Assembly (NCBI GenBank): GCA_965207885.1
Contig: OZ242311.1
Coordinates: 4,896,001 to 4,960,000, forward strand
Origin: Candidatus Latescibacterota bacterium
GTDB lineage: Bacteria > Latescibacterota > UBA2968
DNA: 64,000 nt
Reading direction: 5' to 3'
Each line of letters opens with the position of its first letter. Within the stretch, counting starts at the first letter, position 1. The position numbers and the translations under genes are program-made. Below the pieces are notes generated by a model. It made no database searches and was not told the DNA's origin. It saw nothing but the letters and a program-made list of their open reading frames with translations. Of the stretch, positions 1-8,968 are shown one piece after another.

Positions 1-1
1 G

Positions 2-1651
2 GGACTGGCTTCAGAACACGTAGTTGTTGCAGGCGATTTTCGTCAACTTCCTCCGATCATTATGTCTGACGGCCCTTTGGCAGAAGAATGGCTCAAAAAA
101 GATGTATTCTACAAAGCAGGTATTCCGAAAGCAGTTGATGAGGATAAACCGCCTGAATCATTAATTGATCTTAATCAGCAGTACCGGATGAAGAAGAAAA
201 TCTGTGCAATAATTAATGGTTTATTTTACAATGGTCGTCTAAAAACCCATTGGTCTGTTGAAAACAGAGAAGGAGATCAGTTTCCCTTTGGCGATTCAGA
301 ACTCCTGTATGTAGATACTGAAGCATATCATCCTTGGACTGCCTTGCGTTTGGGAACATTTTCTCGTTACAATCTATTCCACGCACTTTTAATTCGGAAT
401 ATAGCCTGCTATTTGGACAATGAAGGCTATCTAGAGGGTAATCAAGAAGCCCTTGGTATTGTGTCACCTTACGCTGCACAAACGCGACTCATTCAGAGTC
501 TGATCGATGAAAGGTTGACGGATCAGAGACAGTATGCAGCTACTGTCCATCGGTTTCAGGGAAATGAAAAAGATGCGATGTTGATTGACCTGACAGATTC
601 TTTAGGCACGCGGCCCGGACGTTTTGTAACTGCTCACAACATTGAGGACGATGGTGCCAGACTGCTCAATGTCGCATTCAGCAGAGCACGGCATCATATT
701 GTCCTTATAGCTAATTTTGGTTTTTTGCGGGAGAAGATCGGTGATAGTTCAATCGTAGGACAAATTTTGAACCGATTTATTGAAAAAGGCACAGGGCTTG
801 ATATTGAGGAAATTTTACCTTTGAGTAGTGAAGATTGGATTGATGGATTGGGTGCTGTTGATGTGCCGACCATTGCCTTCAATCCCAGCTCTAATGGTAT
901 CTTTACGGAAGGCACATTTTATCCTGCATTTCAAGCGGATCTGAAAAACGCATCTAGATCAATAGTGCTATTTTCACCTTTTATGACATCTTATGGAACG
1001 GGACGATGGATGGATGTCTTGCGTGTGAAGGTGGACGCTGGCTTACCAGTTCGGCTGGTTACAAGACCGCCAGGGAATCACGGAGGAATTCTCGAAAAGG
1101 GTTTGCAAGAACTGATAGAAAGCGTTCAAACACTTGGGGTAACGGTTGATCTCCGACAGGATATGCACGAAAAGTTCGCCATCATTGACGATAAGATTTT
1201 GTGGCACGGTTCATTGAATATCTTTTCACATAGAGATACCAGCGAGAGTATGTTGAGGATACCCAGTCCAGAAGTTTGTGGACAAATGTCACGATTTGTA
1301 ACCTCACCGATTAGGAAAAATTCAAGCAAAGAAGAAAGAGTTAATCTTGCTAAAAAAGAAAATCCTGAATGCCCTGAGTGTGGAGAGTTGATGATATGGA
1401 AAAATGGTCGTTACGGGATATACTTTGAGTGTTTGTTAAGTTGCGGAGGCAAAATTGACCTTGCAAGAACTGGACGACAATTAAGAAGCAGAAGACGAGG
1501 AGGGCATAAAAAAAGAGTCGGAGTTTCGGCTGAACAGGCTTCCCCTACTTGCGAGTGTGGGCGTCCTATGGTATTGCGAAATAGCCGATATGGCCCCTTT
1601 TGGGGATGCTCTGGGTATCCGAATTGCCGAAATACCCAGTCTATTTCATAG
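2..1651 (+). CDS. SF1B (Upf1/DNA2-like, AAA_11/AAA_12) helicase C-terminal half fused to a PLD-family nuclease domain and two C4 topoisomerase-type Zn ribbons; 5'-truncated by the window edge
   Basis: The frame is open from base 2 (GLASEHVVVAGDFRQLPP, motif III). Further helicase motifs: QYRM, GIVSPYAAQ, TVHRFQGNE, LLNVAFSRAR. PLD motif: MHEKFAIIDDKILWHGSLN. Zn ribbons: CPECG...GRYGIYFEC and CECG...SRYGPFWGCSGYPNC. Confidence 0.9.
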   Translation, partial: GLASEHVVVAGDFRQLPPIIMSDGPLAEEWLKKDVFYKAGIPKAVDEDKPPESLIDLNQQYRMKKKICAIINGLFYNGRLKTHWSVENREGDQFPFGDSELLYVDTEAYHPWTALRLGTFSRYNLFHALLIRNIACYLDNEGYLEGNQEALGIVSPYAAQTRLIQSLIDERLTDQRQYAATVHRFQGNEKDAMLIDLTDSLGTRPGRFVTAHNIEDDGARLLNVAFSRARHHIVLIANFGFLREKIGDSSIVGQILNRFIEKGTGLDIEEILPLSSEDWIDGLGAVDVPTIAFNPSSNGIFTEGTFYPAFQADLKNASRSIVLFSPFMTSYGTGRWMDVLRVKVDAGLPVRLVTRPPGNHGGILEKGLQELIESVQTLGVTVDLRQDMHEKFAIIDDKILWHGSLNIFSHRDTSESMLRIPSPEVCGQMSRFVTSPIRKNSSKEERVNLAKKENPECPECGELMIWKNGRYGIYFECLLSCGGKIDLARTGRQLRSRRRGGHKKRVGVSAEQASPTCECGRPMVLRNSRYGPFWGCSGYPNCRNTQSIS

Positions 1652-1693
1652 AGTGTATTAGTGATAGGAAAACCTCTCAAAACCTTGTGAGAG

Positions 1694-2725
1694 ATGATTG
1701 AATTGAGTAGTTTCTCTCGGAAAATCGATATGCAAAGAGATTTGTTTGATATACAAAGGGATATATTTGATGTTGTTGAGCCTCTAAATGAAAAGGGACG
1801 CTGGCAGGCTCGTCCTGTAAAATACTATGCAGGGAGATGGAACGTCTTAGGGGATTTGGTCCCTCAATTTGCTCTGGAGGATTTCCGAGTAGCACAAGAT
1901 ACGCCAGCAAATCCTTATATGAAAATGGTGATACGTTTGCCCAGAACGCAGATTGAACAGAAGATACCGGTCGGGGTCGTTTCAAATACCTATAATCTTG
2001 TACAACACACCAAACTGGCTGACCTATGTTTTGAGGGAATTAAACATGCTGGTGTAGATCATTTCTCACTACGTTGTGAACTCGGTCTAACTGCGTTAGG
2101 TGAGTGGATGAATCTTCGAATTCTATTCCCTAAACAGTTTGATTATATACCTGATGATGGGGAACCAGTTGGCCTTAAACTGAAGTGTTTTAATTCGGTC
2201 AATGGTTCAAGCCGTTTGATCATTTTAATGGGATGGGTACGATTTATCTGCTCAAATGGTATGATAATCGGAAAGACTTTGATCGAACTTCGAGATATGC
2301 ATACTCGGCATCTTGACTTGGGGAGAATACCTCGTATAATTGCTGAAAATCTGTCCAAAACAAAAACCGATCGGAAACGATTGCAGAATTGGGAAAAGGT
2401 GGAAGTTGGCCCGTTAGCTATTCATCCTTGGATCAATAGAGATGTGACCAGGTACTGGGGAAAAAAGGCAGCTTGTCGCGTTTTTCACATTTGTACCACC
2501 GGCTACGATGTTGAGATTACTGATCCATTCGCATCTGGAGAGGCAACTGAAAAACCCGTTAAGAAATTGGACCGCGTTGCGGGGGCTCCCAATAGAGTAA
2601 AGAATCTTTATGATGTGAGTCAGGCATTAGCTTATATTGCTTCTCGTCGTGTAGATTCTATACAGCGGGTGGATTGGCAGATGAGTATTCCTCAATTGAT
2701 CAGAAGGCTTTCAATTACGATATAA
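1694..2725 (+). CDS. DUF932-family protein
   Basis: 343-aa ORF; VGVVSNTY and CFNSVNGSS...VRFICSNGMI match the DUF932 NS(H)DGS...R.(V)C.NG pattern. Confidence 0.7.
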   Translation: MIELSSFSRKIDMQRDLFDIQRDIFDVVEPLNEKGRWQARPVKYYAGRWNVLGDLVPQFALEDFRVAQDTPANPYMKMVIRLPRTQIEQKIPVGVVSNTYNLVQHTKLADLCFEGIKHAGVDHFSLRCELGLTALGEWMNLRILFPKQFDYIPDDGEPVGLKLKCFNSVNGSSRLIILMGWVRFICSNGMIIGKTLIELRDMHTRHLDLGRIPRIIAENLSKTKTDRKRLQNWEKVEVGPLAIHPWINRDVTRYWGKKAACRVFHICTTGYDVEITDPFASGEATEKPVKKLDRVAGAPNRVKNLYDVSQALAYIASRRVDSIQRVDWQMSIPQLIRRLSITI

Positions 2726-2771
2726 GAAATCAGCTTCTGCTATAAGCCAAGGCAATATCGCACGGTGTCTT

Positions 2772-2993
2772 CTATCCTCGTTCTGTGGTTGAGGACTCAT
2801 TGTTAATTTTTTGAAGTTCCCTTTGGATTTCTGGATCAGCGGCCATTTCGCTTAATTGTGCATCGCCATCTGTTTTGTCAGAGATATTTTCTCGTATTCG
2901 GTGGCTTACGCGTTCAATAAGGAGCAATTGTTCATCCAGGGACAACCGGCTGATATTGTCTTCTAATTCAGAAAGAGGAGATGGTGCAGGCAT
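2772..2993 (-). CDS. Small acidic hypothetical protein, antitoxin-like
   Basis: 73 aa; AAGGAG RBS at 3001-3006 (- strand). The LSLDEQLLLIER...MAADPEIQREL pattern recalls small proteins found next to MazF/PemK toxins (recollection, unverified). Confidence 0.6.
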   Translation of the reverse strand: MPAPSPLSELEDNISRLSLDEQLLLIERVSHRIRENISDKTDGDAQLSEMAADPEIQRELQKINNESSTTERG

Positions 2994-3006
2994 GGTTTTT
3001 CTCCTT

Positions 3007-3046
3007 AAATCATCCGCTCAAAATGGGCGCGGATGATTTTTCTTTT
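3007..3046 (+). terminator. Hairpin followed by a T-tract (intrinsic terminator or operator palindrome)
   Basis: AAATCATCCGC (3007-3017) / GCGGATGATTT (3029-3039), running into TTTTTCTTTT. Confidence 0.5.
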
Positions 3047-3153
3047 ACAACATCAAATTGTCTATTAACTTCCTGACCTACACGGCGACATAAAGTATAG
3101 AAAGAATTTTGAAAAAAACAAGACCAGATGTCCTTTCAAACTGGAGAACCTCG

Positions 3154-4485
3154 ATGAGCGGTGTTGCATCTGTGGATTTGCGCGAAGTTCGCAAGCAGGA
3201 TTTGGATCACGTATGGCATCCTTTGATGCAATATGAGGGTAAGAGCGAAGACGATTTGCTCGTTATTGTGTCGGCGGATGGGTGTGAGATCACGGATTCG
3301 GATGGGAAAACGTATCTCGATGCGTATGGCGGGATATGGAATGTCAATGTGGGGTATGGTCGGGATGAGATTGTCGAAGCTGTGTATGAACAGATGAAAA
3401 CACTCCCGTTCTATCCCATGACGCAGATCAATGTGCCTGCGGCGCAACTCGCTGGTCGGTTGGCGGAATTGTCACCGGGCGATCTCAACCATTTCTTTTT
3501 TGTGAATAGCGGTTCAGAGGCTAATGAAACCGCTATTAAAGTTGCGCGACAATACGGCCGGGCGACGCATCCGGGCGAAAGTCGCTTTAAAATTATCTGC
3601 CGGTATAAGGGCTATCACGGCTTTACGATGGGAGCTATGTCTGCGACCGGGCAGGTGAGACGACGCGCGCCGTTTGAACCCCTGGCGCCGGGATTTATTC
3701 ACGTTGAATTGCCCACTGACGATGACCACGGGGCAGATGAGATCGCGCGGGTTATCGAACGCGAAGGTCCCGATACGGTCGCTGCGGTCCTCGCGGAACC
3801 CGTTGTCGGCGGTGGTGGCGTGCATGTCCCGCCAGACGATTATTTCCCCGCTCTGCGCGATGTATGCGACCACTATGGTTGTTTGCTGATGTTTGACGAG
3901 GTGATCACTGGATTTGGGCGTACTGGAAAATTGTTTGCTGCCGAGCACTGGGGGGTTGTGCCTGATGTGATGACAATTGCCAAGGGCGTGTCGAGTGGGT
4001 ACCTGCCGCTGGGGGCCTGTGCTGTTACCGAAAAGGTCTGGTCGGCATTTTTGGGAGGGGCGGATGAGGGAAAAGAATTTGCTCAGGTTTCCACGTATGG
4101 CGGGCATCCGGCATGTTGTGCTGCGGCGCTGGCCAATATCGAAATTCTGACCCGGGAACGGCTGTGGGAAAATTCGGAAACTGTGGGTGCGTACTTGTTG
4201 GCACGGCTCAAAGATATGTCATCGCCTTTGATCAAAGAAGTTAGAGGTCTGGGGCTTATGCTCGCGGTTGAGCTTCAAAGCGAGGATGGATCGGAACTGG
4301 ACAGAGAGAGGACAAACAAGTTTGGCAGTGCGCTTCGAGATGCGGGTGTGATTACCGGGAAGATGAGTCATGTTATGGTCGGGTCAGAGCCTGTTTTTAC
4401 ACTGGCACCCCCTCTGATTCTTACGGAGGAGCAAGCCGACCGAATAGCAGGTGCGTTTGTGACTGCGTTGCGGGCTATAAGCTAA
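3154..4485 (+). CDS. Class III PLP-dependent aminotransferase (omega-amino acid/amine:pyruvate type)
   Basis: YLDAYGGIW, NSGSEANE, YHGFT, FDEVITGFGRTG, TIAKG (PLP Lys), TYGGHP. GGAG precedes ATG 3154. Confidence 0.9.
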   Translation: MSGVASVDLREVRKQDLDHVWHPLMQYEGKSEDDLLVIVSADGCEITDSDGKTYLDAYGGIWNVNVGYGRDEIVEAVYEQMKTLPFYPMTQINVPAAQLAGRLAELSPGDLNHFFFVNSGSEANETAIKVARQYGRATHPGESRFKIICRYKGYHGFTMGAMSATGQVRRRAPFEPLAPGFIHVELPTDDDHGADEIARVIEREGPDTVAAVLAEPVVGGGGVHVPPDDYFPALRDVCDHYGCLLMFDEVITGFGRTGKLFAAEHWGVVPDVMTIAKGVSSGYLPLGACAVTEKVWSAFLGGADEGKEFAQVSTYGGHPACCAAALANIEILTRERLWENSETVGAYLLARLKDMSSPLIKEVRGLGLMLAVELQSEDGSELDRERTNKFGSALRDAGVITGKMSHVMVGSEPVFTLAPPLILTEEQADRIAGAFVTALRAIS

Positions 4486-4544
4486 GTTGATAAATTCGCG
4501 GGTTGTTTAGATTTTTCGCCCCTGCGATCACCACCGGAGTACGC

Positions 4545-6086
4545 ATGCACCTGAGTTGGATTGACTATGCCATCGTTCTCGTCTATGTCGGCGGTACCAT
4601 CGTCGCTGGCACGTTGGCGCAAGGTGCCATCAAGGGCATCTCCGACTTCCTCGTCGCTGGCCGCGGTCTCAAAATCCACATGGCCGTCGCCACTATGGTC
4701 TCAACCGGTCTCGGGCTGGTCACGGTCATGTACATGGCCGAGGAGGGCTTTAAATACGGCTTTGTGCCCTTCGTCTTTGGCCTCATGGCCCTGATCACCA
4801 CCCTGATCATCGGCCGCACGGGCTTCATCGTCAGCCGCCTGCGCCATTTGCAGGTGATGACCGTGCCCGAATTCTACGAACTCAAGTACACGCGCGGTGT
4901 ACGCCTGCTCGGCGGCATCATCCTCACCCTCGCTGGCACCCTCAACATGGGACTTTTTCCCATCCTCGGCAGCAAGTTTATCGTCGGCTTCACCGGCCTC
5001 GACAAGGAATACGTCAACTACGTCATGATCGGCATGTTGCTCATCGTCGTCTTCTACACGCTGATGGGCGGCATGGTCTCGGTGGTGCTGACGGATTTCG
5101 CTCAGTTCGTGCTGCTGGCGCTGGGGTTTTTCTTCGGCACGTATGTCATTCTCAATCATCCGCAACTCGGCTGGGACAACCTCGTCCAGGCCGTGCAAAT
5201 CTACAAAGGTGATATCGGCTTTGACCCCATAGCCAATCCCGGCTACGGCATCTCAATGATCTTATTTCTATTCTGCGTCGGCCTGGTCGGCGTGGTCTGG
5301 CAACCCGAAATGATGCGGCCACTGAGTGCCGAAAGCCCCAAGGTGGCCCGCCGCGTGTTCTGGATTTCTTCTGCCACAGTCATGGGGCGGGCGATGGTGC
5401 CGATGTTTTGGGGCATCGCGGCACTGTCCTATTTTGGCAACCCCGAACTCGACCCCCACTACGCCATGCCCGAAATGCTCGGCAAAATCCTGCCTATAGG
5501 CATCGCCGGCCTGCTCATGGCCGGGATGTTCGCGGCCTTCATGTCCACCCACGACAGCTATCTGCTGGCCTGGAGTGGCGTCATCGTCCGCGATGTGGTC
5601 TCGCCGATCAAGGCCATGCTCGCAAAATCGAGCGGCGAGCGCGAAGCAGACGGAACCTGGGGCGGGCTATCGAGCGAGCGCGAGATCTACTGGACCCGGT
5701 CTATCGTCGTCATCCTTGCCGCCTTCTTGGCCATTTTCGGCGCGCTCTACCAGCTTCCCGAGACGGCCTTCCGCTTTATGTACGTCACCGGCAGTATCTA
5801 CTTCTCCGGCTGCGTCGGCACCGTGGCCCTGGGACTGTACTGGAAAAAGGCCAATACTCCAGGTGCGTACTGTGCCCTGATCCTGGGTGCGCTGGTGCCG
5901 CTCAACTTCCTGATTATGACCGAAAACCAGCACCTGATGCCCGAGTTTTTGTTGCCACTGGTCGAAAGCTCCAACCTCGTCGGGATTACCAGCCTGGCTC
6001 TGGGCGGCCTCGCCATGCTGGTCGTTGCCTCGCTCACGCAGCGCTCGCACCCGCCGCGTCCTTTAGACTTTAGCAACATGGAGTAG
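4545..6086 (+). CDS. Sodium:solute symporter (SSS) family transporter
   Basis: Multiple TM helices; DFLVAGR, YTLMGGMVSVVLTD, AAFMSTHDS, GLYWKKAN. GGAG precedes ATG 4545. Confidence 0.9.
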   Translation: MHLSWIDYAIVLVYVGGTIVAGTLAQGAIKGISDFLVAGRGLKIHMAVATMVSTGLGLVTVMYMAEEGFKYGFVPFVFGLMALITTLIIGRTGFIVSRLRHLQVMTVPEFYELKYTRGVRLLGGIILTLAGTLNMGLFPILGSKFIVGFTGLDKEYVNYVMIGMLLIVVFYTLMGGMVSVVLTDFAQFVLLALGFFFGTYVILNHPQLGWDNLVQAVQIYKGDIGFDPIANPGYGISMILFLFCVGLVGVVWQPEMMRPLSAESPKVARRVFWISSATVMGRAMVPMFWGIAALSYFGNPELDPHYAMPEMLGKILPIGIAGLLMAGMFAAFMSTHDSYLLAWSGVIVRDVVSPIKAMLAKSSGEREADGTWGGLSSEREIYWTRSIVVILAAFLAIFGALYQLPETAFRFMYVTGSIYFSGCVGTVALGLYWKKANTPGAYCALILGALVPLNFLIMTENQHLMPEFLLPLVESSNLVGITSLALGGLAMLVVASLTQRSHPPRPLDFSNME

Positions 6087-6090
6087 TGCA

Positions 6091-6270
6091 ATGGATGTCG
6101 AAACCTGGAAAGTCTTCTGGCAATTCGTCTTTATCGCCGCTAGCGTCCTCTTTTACGGCATTGTCATCGCCGTCGCCTGCAAAGGCTTTGGCGATGTGAT
6201 CAAGATGATCCGCAACATGGCTGCCGGTCGCGGGGCCAGCGAATCCGCCGCAGACTCCCAGAACGAGTGA
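6091..6270 (+). CDS. 59-aa single-TM membrane protein, likely SSS accessory subunit (not in ORF track)
   Basis: MDVETWKVFWQFVFIAASVLFYGIVIAVACKGFGDVIKMIRNMAAGRGASESAADSQNE. ATG follows the SSS stop after a 4-nt gap, has a GGAG RBS, and uses the same C-ending codon style. Confidence 0.75.
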   Translation: MDVETWKVFWQFVFIAASVLFYGIVIAVACKGFGDVIKMIRNMAAGRGASESAADSQNE

Positions 6271-6317
6271 CGCAGCGCATATACTGGCGTTGCGCTAATT
6301 CAATCAAGGAAACCGCG

Positions 6318-6797
6318 ATGATCAATGCGACCTTATGCTATGTCAAAAATGGCAATAAAACGCTGATGCTGCACCGAGTGAAAAAGGAAAATGACATACA
6401 CGAGGGCAAATGGAATGGTCTGGGTGGCAAGATGGAAGCGGGGGAGACGCCTGAGGAATGCGTTATTCGAGAAGTGCGCGAGGAGAGCGGTCTGCAGATT
6501 CAAAATCCCGCTTTAAGAGGTGTGCTCACGTTTCCAAAATTTGATGGGATTAATGACTGGTTGGCGTTTGTGTTTACTGCGGAGAGATTCACGGGTGAGT
6601 TGATCGATTCGAGTGAAGGTATCCTGAAATGGATTGACGACTCAGAACTGCTCGATCTCAATCTTTGGGAAGGCGACAAAATTTTTCTGAAGTGGTTACA
6701 CCAGGATGCGTTTTTTTCTGGGAAATTTACGTATGAAAACAAGCGGTTGATCGATCACGATGTCGTGTTTCACACATTGTCTGGATCTGTGCCATGA
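6318..6797 (+). CDS. NUDIX hydrolase, 8-oxo-dGTP diphosphatase (MutT/MutX-like)
   Basis: Nudix box GGKMEAGETPEECVIREVREESGL; WNGLGG; LWEGD. AAGGA RBS before ATG 6318. Confidence 0.9.
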   Translation: MINATLCYVKNGNKTLMLHRVKKENDIHEGKWNGLGGKMEAGETPEECVIREVREESGLQIQNPALRGVLTFPKFDGINDWLAFVFTAERFTGELIDSSEGILKWIDDSELLDLNLWEGDKIFLKWLHQDAFFSGKFTYENKRLIDHDVVFHTLSGSVP

Positions 6798-6967
6798 ACG
6801 AAAAAGCCGAAGCGATAAAAAAGAGATACCTGTATCGCCGCCTGATTCTCACGGGCAAAATCGGTCTGTCCAGACACGCGGCAGTCAAATTCATCGGCGC
6901 CGATACGGCGTATCACCTGTATGCTCGTGCAACGCCTCGGTCTCGTGCGGCAAAGAAAAGCGCGTAA
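6794..6967 (+). CDS. 57-aa basic hypothetical protein (not in ORF track)
   Basis: ATGA overlap with the NUDIX stop; MNEKAEAIKKRYLYRRLILTGKIGLSRHAAVKFIGADTAYHLYARATPRSRAAKKSA. Confidence 0.55.
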   Translation: MNEKAEAIKKRYLYRRLILTGKIGLSRHAAVKFIGADTAYHLYARATPRSRAAKKSA

Positions 6968-7009
6968 TGCGATGGTCTTATCAGAGCTTCAGCTTTGGGA
7001 GTATGTCAA

Positions 7010-7825
7010 TTAACCGGCAGATCCATACCGAATCTCGTGATAATCGCGATCACTCGTAATCGGAACGGGTTTCCCTTCCAGAAATGCCCATTTTCCCACA
7101 TCACACGACGAAGCGCGAACAAATCCATTGATATACGAACGCCGCGGCTTATCCGTCGTATTTGGTACCGAGCCGTGAACCGTATAAGACGTGAACATCA
7201 CCACATCACCCGGCATTGCCTCGCAAGGTACAGCCGATGACACATCCACCTGATCTTCAATTTCTCCCTTTGCATAGCGCGTCACCTTCAAATTTCCCAA
7301 CTTGTGGCTGCCGGGCACAACGTGTAAACAGCCATTGGCAATCGTTGCCTCATCCACCACAATAATGGTCTGCACATAATTGTTCACCTGATCGCGAAAC
7401 GCAGGCGTAGGGCGGATATCCTGATGCCATGGAAAGTGAATATCTCCCCCAGGCATCTTGAAATTGATCTGATTGATATACTGCTTAAACGATGTACCGA
7501 TCAACGGTTCTAACAGAACGGGAAATTTCGCACTATTCCGAATCTCCTCAAACGCGGGATGAATGAGAGAAGGCCACTGGACTTTTCGCAGATACGGAAC
7601 AGCCTTTGTGCCAACCATCGGTCTGGGCGTCTGCAAGTGAATATGCACCTCGCGGTCTTTGCCCTGAAGAATTGCATCGGGAAGATCTGTCCGCGCTGCC
7701 AGTTCGAGAATATAGTCATATCCTTCTCGCAAACGCGCAATCTCATCCCCATCAAACACGTCTCGCGCAACGTGATATCCCCGCTCCCTGAAAGCCTCGA
7801 CATCTTCTTTGCTCAACGTCTTCAT
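7010..7825 (-). CDS. Phytanoyl-CoA dioxygenase (PhyH) family Fe(II)/2-oxoglutarate oxygenase
   Basis: FKMPGG, PWHQD, NGCLHVVPGSH, HGS.PN...PRR. Confidence 0.88.
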   Translation of the reverse strand: MKTLSKEDVEAFRERGYHVARDVFDGDEIARLREGYDYILELAARTDLPDAILQGKDREVHIHLQTPRPMVGTKAVPYLRKVQWPSLIHPAFEEIRNSAKFPVLLEPLIGTSFKQYINQINFKMPGGDIHFPWHQDIRPTPAFRDQVNNYVQTIIVVDEATIANGCLHVVPGSHKLGNLKVTRYAKGEIEDQVDVSSAVPCEAMPGDVVMFTSYTVHGSVPNTTDKPRRSYINGFVRASSCDVGKWAFLEGKPVPITSDRDYHEIRYGSAG

Positions 7826-7929
7826 TTCATTTCCCTTTGTCATTTTAACTACCGAATAGACCACTTAAGCAGTATAATGGGTCAGTGGTCAGAAATCAAA
7901 CTGGTTCTGAGATCGAATAGTGGATCGCG

Positions 7930-8080
7930 CATTCCATTTGAGATTGTAAAAGAATTAGAACAAGCACTCGCAGAATGGGAATCGCAACTCGTCGCGTCTC
8001 TCTGGCCCTCAAGGCGAATCCTCAAAATCTCCCTCAAGCCCTATGGCCTGGGCGATGAAACGTACGATTTTCCCATCTAA
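7930..8080 (+). pseudogene. Probable C-terminal remnant of a sulfatase-like gene (start approximate)
   Basis: EIVKELEQALAEWESQLVASLWPSRR...YDFPI* resembles sulfatase C-terminal helices; no upstream catalytic domain is present. Confidence 0.4.
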
Positions 8081-8097
8081 AATAAGGAATCATTCAA

Positions 8098-8955
8098 ATG
8101 GACCTCATTATCAACTCCAAATTTTTCGATCAGTATTCCGTGCCTGAACTGGGCGAAAAAGCGATTGAATTGGGCTACGACGGCATTGACCTGTGCGTGC
8201 GTCCGGGCCATCCCATTCACGCAGACAATGTAATTGAGGCATTGCCCAAAGCAGCCGAAATCTGGCGCAGTCAGGACCTGGTCTGCCCTATGATAACCGC
8301 GCCCGTGACACTCGTAGATCCAGAATCACCTGAAATAGAAAAATACTATATCGCCTGTGCCGAAGCCGAAATCCCCCGTCTCAAAATCGGATTCTGGAAA
8401 TATCAGCCCGGCGATGATTACTGGCAGGTTGTGGATACAGCGCGGAGAGATCTGGCAAAAATTGTGGTTCTGAGCGAAAAATACGGCGTGCAGACCTGCT
8501 ATCAGATTCACAGCGGGCCTTGCCTGGGAAGCAACTGCGCGGGATTGATGCACCTCATCAACGGCTTTGACCCACAATACGTGGGCGCGTACCCCGATTT
8601 CGGACACCTCGCACTGGATGGAGAAGACTGGGCAATGGGATTGGCGATGATTCGGGATTATGTCTCAGTCGTGGGCATTAAAGATGCGTATTATCTACCG
8701 CAACCGGAAGGTCAAACACCGCGCTATCGTCCCTGCTTCACAAAAGCTGGAGAAGGATGCGTAGATTGGCATCGTTGCCTGGGGCTATTGCACGAGATGG
8801 GATTTGATGGACCCTTATCCGTCCACACCGAATACAAATTTGACGAAACTATCATCCGTCAAGTCGGTTACGCGCAAACATCGCCTCCAAATTTGGAAGC
8901 ATGGGCAAAAGAAGACGCGACTTATCTGCGAAAAATTATCGCAGACATTGTATAA
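8098..8955 (+). CDS. Sugar phosphate isomerase/epimerase (xylose isomerase-like TIM barrel)
   Basis: GYDGIDLCVRPGH, QIHSG, DFGH, IKD, GEGCVDW, SVHTEY; AAGGA RBS. Confidence 0.85.
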   Translation: MDLIINSKFFDQYSVPELGEKAIELGYDGIDLCVRPGHPIHADNVIEALPKAAEIWRSQDLVCPMITAPVTLVDPESPEIEKYYIACAEAEIPRLKIGFWKYQPGDDYWQVVDTARRDLAKIVVLSEKYGVQTCYQIHSGPCLGSNCAGLMHLINGFDPQYVGAYPDFGHLALDGEDWAMGLAMIRDYVSVVGIKDAYYLPQPEGQTPRYRPCFTKAGEGCVDWHRCLGLLHEMGFDGPLSVHTEYKFDETIIRQVGYAQTSPPNLEAWAKEDATYLRKIIADIV

Positions 8956-8968
8956 AGAGAGGTTCACA

